Positions 13,914-26,193 of a DNA stretch of 64,000 nucleotides are shown here, piece after piece. Origin of the DNA: Neoechinorhynchus agilis (lineage: Eukaryota; Animalia; Acanthocephala); contig CM121342.1 of NCBI GenBank assembly GCA_051530055.1, positions 530,797 through 594,796 of the forward strand, written 5' to 3'. Within the stretch, counting starts at the first letter, position 1, and each line of letters begins with the position of its first letter. A program made the position numbers and the translations under genes. The notes under the pieces are model-generated. The model saw nothing but the letters and a program-made list of their open reading frames with translations, was not told the origin of the DNA and did not search any database.

Positions 13914-14282
13914 CTATTTTCGACTGAGCAACTCACTGCGTACGCGTTCTGGTAAACGGAATCCACGCTCTTCGACAAGTAAGACAGCGTCTTCAAATCT
14001 CAAAACGGACTCCTTTGCAGCTTTTTTCTGCCTCAGTCTTGAAAGATCCCTGCTGTCCAAGGCAAGTGTAAGTAAAAACTTTTCTAAGCAAAACCCAATG
14101 AGTCTCTTAAGACCGCGGTCCGTATTAAGATGATTGCACACCATAAAAGCCTCAACCACTTTATCTGGTATTTTGGGTTTTCTACTCCTCAGTCTTCTTA
14201 TGACTTGATCGTATTGAGATGGAAAAGACACTTGTTCAATGGACGTTAAAGCACTCTCCGACGAATATTCTTTAGACTCCAT
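13914..14282 (-). CDS. TAF10: TFIID subunit TAF10-like histone-fold protein (122 aa, single exon)
   Basis: PKIPDKVVEAFM...DRGLKRLIGFCLEKFLLTLALD...LRFEDAVLLVEERGF follows the TAF10 pattern (PTIPD..T...RLISLAAQKFI.DIA.D...LTMEDL..AL.EYG). Confidence 0.7.
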   Translation of the reverse strand: MESKEYSSESALTSIEQVSFPSQYDQVIRRLRSRKPKIPDKVVEAFMVCNHLNTDRGLKRLIGFCLEKFLLTLALDSRDLSRLRQKKAAKESVLRFEDAVLLVEERGFRLPERVRSELLSRK

Positions 14283-14523
14283 AGTGTCAAGTCGATCTCA
14301 AATAGCGACAGTGGGAATGTTTAAAGAAATTTTGAGCAAACCCAACGTTGTTCTGAAAACTTGAATTCAAAACTTTAAAAATGATTGTCTTTTCTTCCGT
14401 AGAATAACTTAATGACGATTAAGATTGTCTTTTTGCGGTGTGTGTGCTTATATCCGCGTTGGATTTTGATCGAATAAGTTTGTTTTATTCATTTGATAGA
14501 TTCAGAAAAGCAGGGCGAAATCA

Positions 14524-15894
14524 ATGTGTGATAGAAGCGGAAAAGGTAATGAATATGCACCAAGCCCTACGAAGGCGTTAGAACAGAGTTTGATATGTGC
14601 GATTTGTTTTGAGATCATTAACAAATGTGTAACCATTCAGCCTTGTTTACATTCTTTTTGTGCTGGTTGTCTCAGCCAATGGTACCGAATATCAACGACT
14701 TGTCCAACGTGCAAACAGCCATCCCGGGCCGCTGCAAAGAATCATTCTATCAATAACGTTATCGAAGCTTGGCTACAGATGAATCCTGATAGGCGAAGAA
14801 TGAACGATGATAATGTTGACGAGATTGGTAATTACAAGTCCTTTAGTGAGATCGACGGCGATGACCTTGAACAGTTTGATATTCAGCCCGAAATTCAATT
14901 GATATCAGTATGTAGGCAATGTCCAGGTAGAGCTACAATTCGAAGCGGACAAGATTTTGTTTGTAATAATGCATATACTTCCCATCATCAAAAAAAGCGT
15001 TTTCGTCCAAAAATCAATCCAAAATCATCAGTAGATTTGAAATTCTGTGCTAAAATTGAAACCTAATAAATTTATTTCGATTTTCCGCCATAAAAAAACA
15101 TGAATAATTCAATCTTCAAACACTATAGAATATACCAATTTTATCGGGAATTCGTCTGTACTCTTTTTGATTTTAGTTGTTTCACGATGATTGTTGCGGT
15201 CATTTAATACTCGAATGCGATAACTCTATTTCTTTTCGATGGGGATGATCAGCAGTGAAAATACAAGTCACATATTTTGTTCGTGTTGCGCTGAACTGAT
15301 GCCCGATCGCCGTGTGGAACTAAGCCGTCAACCGACTCAGATTCAACAGTCATGCGCTTTGTGCATGCGTCCATTCTGCGGTGCCTATTGGCCCTGTAGT
15401 AATCACACCGATACATCAGATATTAACTCAACCACATGTCTAACTAAACTGAAAGATTATCTACCCAATCAAAGGGAAGGGGCCTGTATTTTAATCAGAA
15501 ATGAAGTTGAAACTGACCTCTTGAAATCTTATATTATCAACCAGGAAGGTGGAACGTGGCCACTTATCATCGTTAAGGAAATGATTGCAGCGAAGTGCCT
15601 TGAATAATCTTTAGAAAAGAGCCCAAGACACTTTACTTTAAATGGATTGAAGAGAGCAAATTCAAACCTTCTCCTATTCTTGTTGAAGATCAATCTTCTA
15701 TCCCTGATTTATACGTTTGCTCTTCGTGTGGTCTCAAGAATTTGCGACGGTTTGCACTCGCATATCGACAAACACTTCCATTGTCGGTCGAAAAACCAAA
15801 TTGCTATTGGGGGTATAATTGCTGGACGCAGACAACTAAACGCCAGCATGCCGAGAAATACAACCATATATGCGAACAAAAACGATTTCTATAA
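14524..15894 (+). CDS. CHFR: CHFR-like RING E3 ligase (RING, Cys-rich region, C-terminal PBZ); spliced, junctions not fully resolved
   Basis: RING motif CAICFEII...CLHSFCAGCLSQW...CPTC, then CRQCP/QDFVC and HIFCSCCAELMPDRR...CALCMRPFCGAYW. A third-frame segment not in the ORF track reads YVCSSCGLKNLRRFALAYRQTLP...NCYWGYNCWTQ...HAEKYNHICEQ and stops at TAA 15892-15894. Confidence 0.85.
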
Positions 15895-16089
15895 TAATTC
15901 AACGTTTTTTGGAGAGAAACAAACTCATCTTATGAATAAACATTTAATCGAGATACCTATTAAACTTGGGCTGAAAATGTCTTGTTTTGCAAAAATAACG
16001 GATTTTTCTCTAAAGTCACAACCAAATTTTGACTGAGTTTTAGCATAACTCGTTGAAAGCTCTATTATTCATACATCGATAGTTATACG

Positions 16090-16205
16090 TAAATATTTCA
16101 AATGTAAAAATAATATAAACTCATAATTATGGAGTTCAATTCTAAGTCAACATGCAGTGTGCAACAAGTTCTACAAAATCAACTGAAACTTACAAAAAAT
16201 CCAAA
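16090..16205 (+). repeat. direct repeat copy A (pairs with 20733-20797)
   Basis: The 51 nt taaatatttcaaatgtaaaaataatataaactcataattatggagttcaat are identical to 20733-20783. Both copies then share acaaaaaatccaaa; copy A has 51 extra nt in between. Confidence 0.9.
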
Positions 16206-16229
16206 GCCCCCTTAACACCGGCGTCTCGA

Positions 16230-17060
16230 ATGTGGCGTATGATTTACATACAAGAACTGGCCTTACGCTTCCATGCCACCTACAAGGGTAGGTGATCGGA
16301 CAGAAGATTGGCTTTCTTCTGTTAAGACCTTTGGAGGTTTGCGCTCCTACTCGTTTGCCAATTCAAGTACCGATTGTTCGGTGGACTTATCCATTATTTC
16401 CTTTCTTTCTTTTAAAGGCACGGATACAGCCGCCTCCACTCGACGCATGCAAGCATTCATATGACTACGCACTGACACGTAGTTTTCCGCCCGGTATATC
16501 GAACACGCCCGGCACTGAATCAATATTTAGGTTGTTCCGTGTTCAAAGATAAGGTGTTCTTTCAATACTTTTGTCCGATTACTACCGAAGAACTTGGCAT
16601 TACATCCTGGGCATTCCACGGGTCCCTCTGCTTCTGAGCTTGCAATCACTATGCAACCTTTGCCTACTAAAGGGACTACCTTTTTGACTGTATCCTCATC
16701 TCATAGCGCTTTCGCCTTTTCAGGTTTCTTTTTCGAACATGTTTTATAGTGGAGGCCAATGGAGCTTATCGACTACAGGCTTCTTGTGAAATGCTGACAT
16801 GTGTTCAGCTATTAATTTCGCTTCGGATTATCCCGTACATATAATACCTGGCTTGCACATAGGACACTTAGTGCATTCTTGAAGGACACGATGGTACTGA
16901 ATGTACACATTTTTAGGCCGTTGATTATGCGGTAGTTGTTGATTGGCGCCATCTGAAAGAAGAAGCGCCAAGTCCCCGGTGATAGGGGGTGTACCGGATG
17001 ACTTTTCATCAATATTTAGGTTACTTGGAGAAGTTGTAATTGCGTCCGCCGTTTACTCGT
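16230..17060 (-). pseudogene. decayed zinc-finger ORF (C2H2/C2HC); possibly the 5' part of a site-specific (REL) retrotransposon
   Basis: Manual minus-strand translation gives KCPMCKPGIICTG*SEAKLIAEHMSAFH, ECPGCNAKFFGSNRTKVLKEHLIFEHG and QCRACSIYRAENYVSVRSHMNAC, with stops and a frameshift between them. Confidence 0.6.
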
Positions 17061-17355
17061 TATAAAAATAGTCATCAATTAAAAAATTAAAACACGTGAC
17101 CATGCAATATCTTCTGATTTTTAGAAAATAACAAACAGAAAAACAGAAATCGACTGCAGTGATTTTGTGCTGCTTGTGTTTTTCGTTGTTTATATCGAAA
17201 ACCAGTTAAATCCATAACGCGCTTAGGCATGCATTTATTACGCAGTTATCAAACACTTTACGTTGTTCGGTCGAATTCGCACACATGCGCAATTTTCGTT
17301 GTAACGAAAAAAGCGTTGTTTATGGTGATTTCCTCCTCCTGATGATCGTGGAGGT

Positions 17356-20300
17356 TTGGATGTCGGTGGTTCGCTAAGCTCTAACAACTTGCAAATTCCA
17401 ATGTCCTTGGAGAAGCGAGAGCAGTTGCTCTCTGATTTCGAGCATCAATCTCAAGTCCTGGTAAACAATTCCCAGTTGACACCGACAAAGCAACAAATTC
17501 CAAAATACTCTTCTTTACCGACAAAAAGATGGCCTTTCATAGCCATTTTTAAATCCAAACCTATCCTACCCAAACAAATCATTTACGACCAAGCAGTAAG
17601 TCCGTGGACTCGTACCTTCAAGAACGATGGTATTAAAAGGATCGATCACATCACATATTACGCCGGCACCCTACGAATCTACCTGACTTCACACAATTGG
17701 TTGGATCACTTTCTCAAGTTTTCGAAATCTAACCTCCCTAAAGAAGTCTACGATATTACGTCCAGTTCTCAAAAAGTTCAATTTCTGGTTAAAGGTGTTG
17801 AACCTTCTCTCAGCAAAGAAGAACGGGACGAGTTCGAACAAACTTTTGGATGCAATATAAAGTTTTATCTAAACTCAAGAAGGACGGGCCAACCTATTTC
17901 TATTACCATGGTGGAAGGACAAAGGAATGTGCGTGATGACTTATGTTCTCAACAATTTTGCTCCTTCAACTGCTTCGAAATTAACTTCGTGTTGAAATCA
18001 AACTATGAGCAAGATAATTTCATCTTTCCGCAATGCAATATCTGTCAGCATTGGGGCCATTGGTGCCAACACTGCCCCAATCCTTCTCACAAAAAAATGT
18101 TGTCACTGTGGGGATTCCTCTCACGGTTCGGACCAATGTACCAATTCAAATAAACATTGCCCAAATTGTCAAGGAAAGCATTCGTCTTTTTACAAAGGAT
18201 GCCCAGAATTCAAAAGTTACTGGGCCTGGGCTCAGAATTCTCGTATTAACGCCGTGGAAAAAAGGAAAAGGCTCATTACTACAACTAAGCAAGTAGCGCC
18301 TAAACTCAATTCATTGCTTCCAACACCCTCCTTTCGACAAGACGCCAACTCTAACTTCTCAGGATTTTCCGGTAACGTGCCCTCTACTCAAGTGGTAACC
18401 ATGGAGGTGCTAGAGAGCAAATTAGATGAAGCTTGTAACGAGATTCTAATGATTATGCAAGCTCGTTTTACGGAGGCAATGCTGGCTTTTGAAAGAAAGA
18501 TGAGCGTCTTAATTGATAAGTTAATGAAGATTCCGACTATTTTTTCCTCGTGTTTACCAGAACAAAGCTCTGCAAAACTCAAAAGAGCGAATGTGTCTGG
18601 CGAGGTTGCACGAGCAGCCAAAAAGCCGAATTTCATGGCTCTCGCTCACAGCACGAGGATGATGTTGTGATGGATGAAGATCAATCAACTTCTGAATTCG
18701 TTGCAAGAATAATTGAAACCCAATCCAGGCTGATCAACAACGGAACAGCCAATTTGATTTCAAATGTCAATGCAAAGAAACTTTGACTCGATGGCTCAGG
18801 AGAAGGTACGCAATGTTTGGGTGTTGTAGTGGAATTGTGGGGGTGCGACCAACCTTTTTAAGCTCACTCGATATTTACCAGGAATATCCATAGCTCTCAT
18901 TCAAGAGCCAAAAAGCGTTTTTAATTTAGAGCAACTATATGTTCATCTGCTACTTTTAAAGTCTTCGGTTTTTACTTTTTCGTTCATCCTCCCTATGGAC
19001 CTGCCACACAAGGCCTTATTTCCATTTTTCAATCTTCCCTTGGTCCATCACTGATCATGCCCTATTCCTCTGAGGAATTGTCTTACAGTATTTTTAAAAT
19101 ACTTTTCAAAAAGAACTATCTCTCTCTTGCGAATATTTACATAAGACCAGGTCTCATTCATCGTTCGCATGTAAAAGACAAAATCAAATGGCTCCTAGGG
19201 GCTAACATCGATCTTATTGTGGGAGATTTTAATGATCCATCCTTGAAATGGTCTCGGGCCATTGTTAACGCTGTCAATCCTTCCCATTCTCTTATCATGC
19301 CTAACAATCCTTCCTTTCACAATATTTCTACCAACAAACACTCCTCTTTGGATCTAGTAATATTGAAGAAAATTTTAAACCTTTCAGTCGAATAGGATCG
19401 CAAAGTCTCCAATTTTGTCCTCTTAGGACACGACATCTTGATTTGGTCCATTGGTCCCTTTGACAGGCTGCGCAAAGTGTATCACTTATCCCCTCTAAAT
19501 TTAGCGTTTTTTCGGCTAGTTTGCGAGAAAATTTCCTTACACTTAGGTGCTGATTGCAAGTTGTCAGATATTTTACCTTTAGCAAACTCCTTAGTTAATA
19601 AAGCCGCTAATTCTTTCTTATGTCACACCGTTAAAACCTTCTATCGCCCTTATGTGAGCCGATCACTTCCTTTTCTTGGACGCCAACTATATGTAGCCCA
19701 ACGCTCTGGGGGCACCCTTCTATGCAAAACCCTATCAAGCCTTCTATGGGCTGCCCGTTGCCGACAGCGACAACGAAGGGATGCTGATTTTCTTGCTACA
19801 CTCAAACCTTACTCTTCAAACGCCATTCTTGCCGTGGACATTTCTCAAGCTTTTGATAAGATTTCTCTTTCTTTTATTGTTGAAATGCTTGAATTTTTCA
19901 GTCTACCTCACAATTTAATAACACGTATTCACAATATTTTATTTACAAAATCCTTTTACTACGAAGACGACGCCTCAAAGACACTTTACTACCCGTCCAA
20001 TGGTGTTCCGCAGGGGACGCCTCTGTCACCGGTTCTTTTCTTTATGGCATCACAATACTTGATTCAGAATTTTAAAGTTCGGGCTTCGCTCATCTGCTAC
20101 GCGGATGATTTTACTTTTGCCATCTTCACCCACAGAGCAGCTGGAATGAAACTCCTGATTGAGCAATGTATTGATTTTCTTAACTCCTTTTTACCTAAAA
20201 TGAACTTATCGTTGAATAAGTCGAAATGTTTATGCATTTTTAAAGTTCGCTCAAGCAGAATTAGGAAAGATTTAAAATCCTTTTTCAACAATTTAATGAA

Positions 20301-20730
20301 TAACCCTGACACCTCTTCTTCAGGTTTTACCAATACACCCCTTAAAATTAAAATATTGGGTCACACCTTTACTGCTAATCTCTCGCCTAGATTAGATTTG
20401 AATAAAATGAAAAAAATGCTCACTTTAGCATCGAAAAAGACGAAGCGTGCCGTTACTCTCGGGTTAAACGTTAATCAATGCCAAACTATTTACAAAAGCT
20501 GGAGCATTCCTGGCCTGGTCTTTTTTTTCGAGGTCGCCTCCCGGAACAAAAGGCTTTACTCATCAAATCGTTCTGCGATCACCTTAATACCCTGTCTTTC
20601 TCCTGGGCCGGAGAATTGAGGATCTTCTGCAACAGTAGACTTATGAGATGGTCTAGTTGAACGATACTGATTAGTTTCTTGTTTTGGTTTCTTCTCATAC
20701 TCCCACATGATGAATAAATCTGTATTGTGT
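17356..20730 (+). mobile_element. APE-type non-LTR retrotransposon (family A), frameshifted, ORF2 internally deleted
   Basis: ORF1 has Cys/His knuckles (CNICQHWGHWCQHCP, CCHCGDSSHGSDQC, CPNCQGKH). ORF2 begins WNCGG near 18830, has endonuclease motifs GDFN and SSLDL, and RT motifs AVDISQAFD, GVPQGTPLSP and YADD. Confidence 0.92.
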
Positions 20731-20732
20731 AA

Positions 20733-20797
20733 TAAATATTTCAAATGTAAAAATAATATAAACTCATAATTATGGAGTTCAATACAAAAAATCCAAA
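20733..20797 (+). repeat. direct repeat copy B (pairs with 16090-16205)
   Basis: See copy A. Confidence 0.9.
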
Positions 20798-20902
20798 CGT
20801 TTGCACCGTCACTCATCTACAAAGGAAAAGTGTATTGCGATCATTAATACTTTAATTTTTAATTCTTAAATGTTACTGGCAAGCCGGTTCTATTTATTCA
20901 CA

Positions 20903-20997
20903 TTATTACATCCCTTTCTCGGCTTTTTGGCGTTCGCTCTCAGATGTAAGAGATCGGTGTGGCTTCATACCAAAAACCCGAGGAAGGGATGTAATGA
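20903..20997. repeat. inverted repeat / hairpin, about 28-bp arms, 39-nt spacer
   Basis: ttattacatccctttctcggctttttgg pairs with ccaaaaacccgaggaagggatgtaatga, with one C-C mismatch and G-T wobbles. Confidence 0.8.
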
Positions 20998-21677
20998 TCT
21001 AAACTTTTATTTTTGTTTATATGCGGACTTTAAAACAACGTGTTCTAAAGCAGCCTAGATCTAACAACACTGTGAATGTATTCATGAATTTTACAACGAC
21101 ACAGTAACGCAAAATTATGAATAGCTTGCCGAAAATGATTACCCGAAAGCTTCCAAATCACCTTTTATCACTATCGATTATCACTTTTTAGGAGTTCTTT
21201 GATATAATGACAGACTATAAGAAAATTCATATTTTCATTTTGTTCATTTGATTGTATCTTTATAATCTAGCCGGCTATTTTCTTCTATTCCTCATTGTAA
21301 TCGATCTACTGGCTAATATTCGAGGGATGCGACATATTTTTAAGTGGAAATTGATGTCTTTAACACTAGAAAATTAATATCACGGTCATGCAAATATTTA
21401 AAAAAGTTTTTCCATTACTATTGCTGATGTTCCTGCCCCGCATTGAGAAAATTTTTTTCTTGGTATGACAAATAATTATTAAGGATTACGATAGAAATCA
21501 TTCCTGTTACGGCTCCTATCACTTTCTACTCAAAAATACTTTTCAAGAGGGGGCAAAGTTAAGAATTGTAAGCGACTCATTGTCGATGTTAGCTATTTGT
21601 TTTGAAAGCTGTTGAAAAGCAACTCAACACTCTAATGTTAAACGTTGTGTCTTAAGGAGTGACATAATCAATCTCAA

Positions 21678-22346
21678 ATGCCGTTTAATATATCGTTATG
21701 TCGATTTGTGAGAGTTCAATTGCTTGCGATTGTATCAGTAATCCTCGGTCTCTGCTTAGTCATCTCAGCAGCATATTATCGGATGCAATTGATAGCGATA
21801 AACTTTCAACTTCATACAATTGAGGAATACATGATTCCATATCAACTTACAATCGGTGTTTTAATAATCACCTTTGCTTTTGTCTATCTTTTGATACAGC
21901 TAGGATCTCAAGCCCATGAGCGCGTCAAAATGAAATTCCTGTTTCGGTTTCTTTTGTTTTCGATGCTCATCTTGCTTCAAATAGAACTGTGCTGCTTTGT
22001 ATTCTTTGGCGATCAGGAACACGAGGAAGTTCATGCTCTCGCAGAACACTGTCATCTAAGAAATTCCGATTTCCCTGTCGACCGGGAATGTCTTCTTCTA
22101 TCGGAATCGTACAGGTGCTGCTTTAAACACGCAGAGAGCTCTATCCCGGATACTGATGAAGATATTTATTGCTGTTTTGAGTGTGACGTGAACAAAACGA
22201 CCGATTGCTATGAGAAAATCGATTCTATTTTATTTCAAGCACATCAAAAGATGACCTTTATATGCGTCTTCGTTTCTTATGTCCTTCTTATTTATTGCAC
22301 TCTTTATTTTTGGTCAAAGGTACGGACAGGGCAACGGCATGCATGA
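21678..22346 (+). CDS. tetraspanin-like four-TM membrane protein (222 aa)
   Basis: Three N-terminal hydrophobic helices, a Cys-rich large loop (YRCCF...YCCFECD...TDCYEKI) and a fourth C-terminal hydrophobic helix. Confidence 0.55.
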   Translation: MPFNISLCRFVRVQLLAIVSVILGLCLVISAAYYRMQLIAINFQLHTIEEYMIPYQLTIGVLIITFAFVYLLIQLGSQAHERVKMKFLFRFLLFSMLILLQIELCCFVFFGDQEHEEVHALAEHCHLRNSDFPVDRECLLLSESYRCCFKHAESSIPDTDEDIYCCFECDVNKTTDCYEKIDSILFQAHQKMTFICVFVSYVLLIYCTLYFWSKVRTGQRHA

Positions 22347-22840
22347 TTTTTATGAGTGAATTAAACTTATTTTTATAAATATTAACGGGCAATGATGCGC
22401 TTGATGTGAGCAGAGGTACGTGTAACAGTGACAGTAGTGGGATGATTTTTTAGTAATAAATCCTATCGATTTGCCTATAGACTTTTGTGACAACATCCAA
22501 AGACAGAATCAGCACGAGATGAGTACTTTGAAAGTCGTTTTTACCACTTATCCTCCTTTAGCGAATCAGACGAAAGACCTAAATAATGCTTCTAATCATA
22601 TAACTCAGTAAATCCCACATATCACATACACATGTCTTACTGCTTTGCTCTCCAGGAGAGGTCGCATGCTCATGTCAAACATTCACCCCAAGCACCTTCG
22701 TATCATCTTGCTAAAAAACTCAATAATATGCAAAACTTTTTAGATCAATCCAAGTTTTTAGGCGTGAAAGAATGCATTAAATTAGCAAATCGTGAATGAA
22801 CCGTAGATTGAACTTCGAGTAGTTTAAAAGGTATATTAGG

Positions 22841-25354
22841 ATGGATTTGTTAAAGACCGTAAGATCTTATGTAATTAATATGCTAAAAGTTCCAGGTGAA
22901 AACGTAATGAAAGTGCTATTGATGGACGCCGAGACTGTAATTGATTAAATATGTTTATTATAATTTCAATAAGATTTGATTTAGATTGGTATGATAAGCA
23001 TTGCGTTTCTACAATCAGAGCTGGTAAAAAAACAAGTTTTCCTGTTTGAATCGATGGATAATCAATCTGCGGAGAAGCTACCTTATCTTTCTTGTGTTTG
23101 TTTTCTTCGTCCTACAGAAACGAATGTTATTCGTCTATGCGCAGAGCTTCTAAATCCTCGTTATGGATCATATTATTTATGTACGTTTGTCCTGAATTCA
23201 AAAAAATCAATTGGCATTTAGTTTTCTCAAATGTGACCGATAGAAGTTTGATAAGACAAATTGCAGAAGCCGATAGATATGAAGTGGTTAATGAACTTCA
23301 AGAATTCTACATTGATTATTACGCATTCGATCGAGATCTTTTTAGTGTCGAAACCTCCCCTTGTTCCCAGGTTTGCCGCTACTATAAGCGCTTTTATATG
23401 GACAATTCAGTTTTAGGGATACTTTGATTGGGATACCGATTTACTGACGCGATGTGTTCAATCGCTCATGTCTGTGATGCTTTCTACGAAGACATATCCA
23501 ATCATTCGATATCAGCAATCTTCAAATATGTGCAAGGAATTGGCTGAAAAATTATCAGTTAGTATCGTATAAAACATTCCTTAACGAACATTTAGAAAGC
23601 GCTTCTAAAGACATTTTACGCTTAAACAAACTTAATCTAAGAGTTACGAAAAGTCCAATCACCACTTTTCCTAACAATTTTAACCATTTTCTTCATAAAG
23701 ATTGTCCAAGTGTGGTCCATCATTTTTGCCTGTTCTAATTTTAACTACTTTCATCGCCGCTCCGATACCATAAAGTCGCCATCATTTAGGCGAAAATGTC
23801 ACGCGAAGCATCTTTATTCAACTTTAAATCGCTTGAAACGTCGGTCCTCCTTATTGTTGATAGACGTGAAGATCCTGTGACGCCGATACTAAATCAATGG
23901 ACCTATCAAGCAATGTTACACGAGATTATTGGTCTTAATCGCAACCGAATAGATACCGGAGATTTTTTAACCCTCAATCGCCCTTCCGACGAACCAACCG
24001 AGATTATATTGAATGTCGATGAGGACGAATTCTATGCAGTTAATAGATACAAAAATTTTGGAGAGATCGGTGTCAATATCAAAAATCTACTTGAGACTTA
24101 CCAGGAGCGACATAAGACCCAATCAAAGCTGGAAACTATTGCAGACATGAAGAAGTTTATTGAAACTTATCCTGATTTCAAAAAACTGTCTAATACAGTG
24201 ACTAAACACATTAAACTGATAAGCGAGCTTTCTATGCAGGTATCTACTTTCAGGCTTATGGATGTGTCCGAGATTGAACAGAAAATTGTTTGCTCGGTTG
24301 AACATGATCAAACATTTCGGGTTAGAACACAAACCATTTTTGTCATGGTTTTAATGCCTGCCAATAGTCAATGAAAGCCTTAATTACAGCAGAAGATCTT
24401 ATAAGAGATAGCGATTCAGTTCGATTGGCAGCTTTATATTTTTTAAGGTACGAAGATGAGCGAAAAGGAGAAATTGCTGTACTGAAAAAATTACTCGAAA
24501 AGAAGAAATTGAATACAAAGTGGAGGAAGGTATGGAAACGCTGTTTGTTATTCGGGACCGGTTTGTGAGATAGTGAGTGCAATTGCAACGGACACAAGGG
24601 ATAAGTAGAGGCCTTTTTCTGAAATGCCTTTCTGTATAAAAGGAATTTTTTAGTTTAACAGTGTAGTGACCATCGTTTATCTCCGCCAGGTCATTTTGTG
24701 ATACTGTTTGGCTAGCACTCAAGTGAAACTTTGTCCTCCGGTATTAAATTATCTACCCGGTAACAAAATTTAGCCGAAAATTTTCACTATGAAACTGAAT
24801 AATTGATCAATCTTTTGATCACGTAATTTTGCGTTGACCCAGTTCTTCTAGTTTCTTGATCTTATTTATAAATACGGTGGTAGAGGATTCCGTCAAGCTG
24901 ACATCTTCAATAACCATTCTTCATTTTCCTTCTCCCGTCAATTAATAAAAGGATTAATGGTAAGAGTTTTGCGCGCCTTAACTCCATTTCATCATTTTCT
25001 CTAAAACAGGGCGTAGAGAACGTTTACGGACAGCACCGACCTTTATTGACGGACCTAATAGATCAACTGCTCAGATCTCGGCTAAAGGAGTCCGTTTATC
25101 CATACATGCAACCACATTCAACCACTATGGCAACCAACCGTATCAATGATTTTATTGTTTTTTCCGTTGGTGGAATTACCTATGAAGAAGCAAATTTTGC
25201 TAGGATACTCATGCATCAACACCGAAACATCAAGACACTATCGGAACTTCATACTCAACCGAATCTCATAATCGGTGGTACTTCTGTTCACAATTTTCGG
25301 AGCTTTGTTGATGAGGTGATTTCCGGAGCGTCAGTTCAGCCAATTGTAAAGTAA
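22841..25354 (+). CDS. VPS45: Sec1/Munc18-family VPS45, 8 exons: join(22841..22936,22985..23180,23222..23370,23417..23557,23790..24320,24368..24529,24852..24959,25010..25354), 575 aa
   Basis: All introns are GT-AG (48, 41, 46, 232, 47, 322, 50 bp) and the joined frame is open for 1728 nt. Motifs: MKVLLMD, FSNV, DRREDPVTPILNQWTYQAMLHE, GVENVYGQHRP, GGITYEEA. Confidence 0.95.
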
Positions 25355-26193
25355 ATTTGCATTTAATCGAAATAAAATACGCCCCTTAATACGGAATTCA
25401 TAACACGTAGTCTCTTGAGTTTAATCGAAAACTAGCGTCTTAAAATTTATATTAAGAAAACTGGCTTCGCAGTCGAAACATCACAAATATCACAATATGA
25501 AGCGACTATGATCATCGTTAACTATTAGAAGGATTCCAATCTTTTTTCAATTTTGGGATACTTTCATATCGATATCAAAGGCACGGGCGTTGGTTCGGAA
25601 TTGCCGATTACGTTACTCCTTAGACTGTTCAGTGATTGCTCAGTGTTGACCGGGAACGACAGTCCAGTAGGACTTTCGCGAACAATCGATTGTTTGAATG
25701 TTACGAAACGCTTGTTTATAGCAAAGGTTTGTCCTTACAGCGCCCCAAATTTGGACAAATCAATATTGTTTAGAAGAAACATTACAAACATCTCAAGACT
25801 TGTATTCATTTTCGTCTTGAAGTAGAGCGAAGTAGGGAAAGCTTGTAATATTGTGGCCGTAAATTTCGTTAATGCAGAATCGTTCAAAACTACTTTCGTT
25901 AATTGCCACATCGATTAGCGGCGCATAAGGCCGTTGTCCACGGTCATTTTTGTTGTCTTTGCTCTCTGAAGTGATCATCCAATGCAGCAGCACTTTTAAT
26001 GACTTGTTCAAGTAAAAAAGTCATCGCACTCTATTCGTTCAATGCTAAGCTCAAACTCAGCTGTTCATTCTGCCAATGCTTTTTGAGAAATAATTGAAAG
26101 TTCTAAAAGACCAATAAAATCTACACTCCTACGAATTCATCCAAAAATTAAGTATGAGATTGGAAAATTACACATCATATCTTTATTCTAAAT

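Noticed and set aside
17330-17365. CTGATGA motif in the LINE 5' region
   Set aside because: No stem II followed by GAAA.
25451-25490. Possible hammerhead relic aagaa-aactg-gcttcg-cagtc-gaaacatc
   Set aside because: The CUGA core is absent, there is no stem I, and no PLE is nearby.
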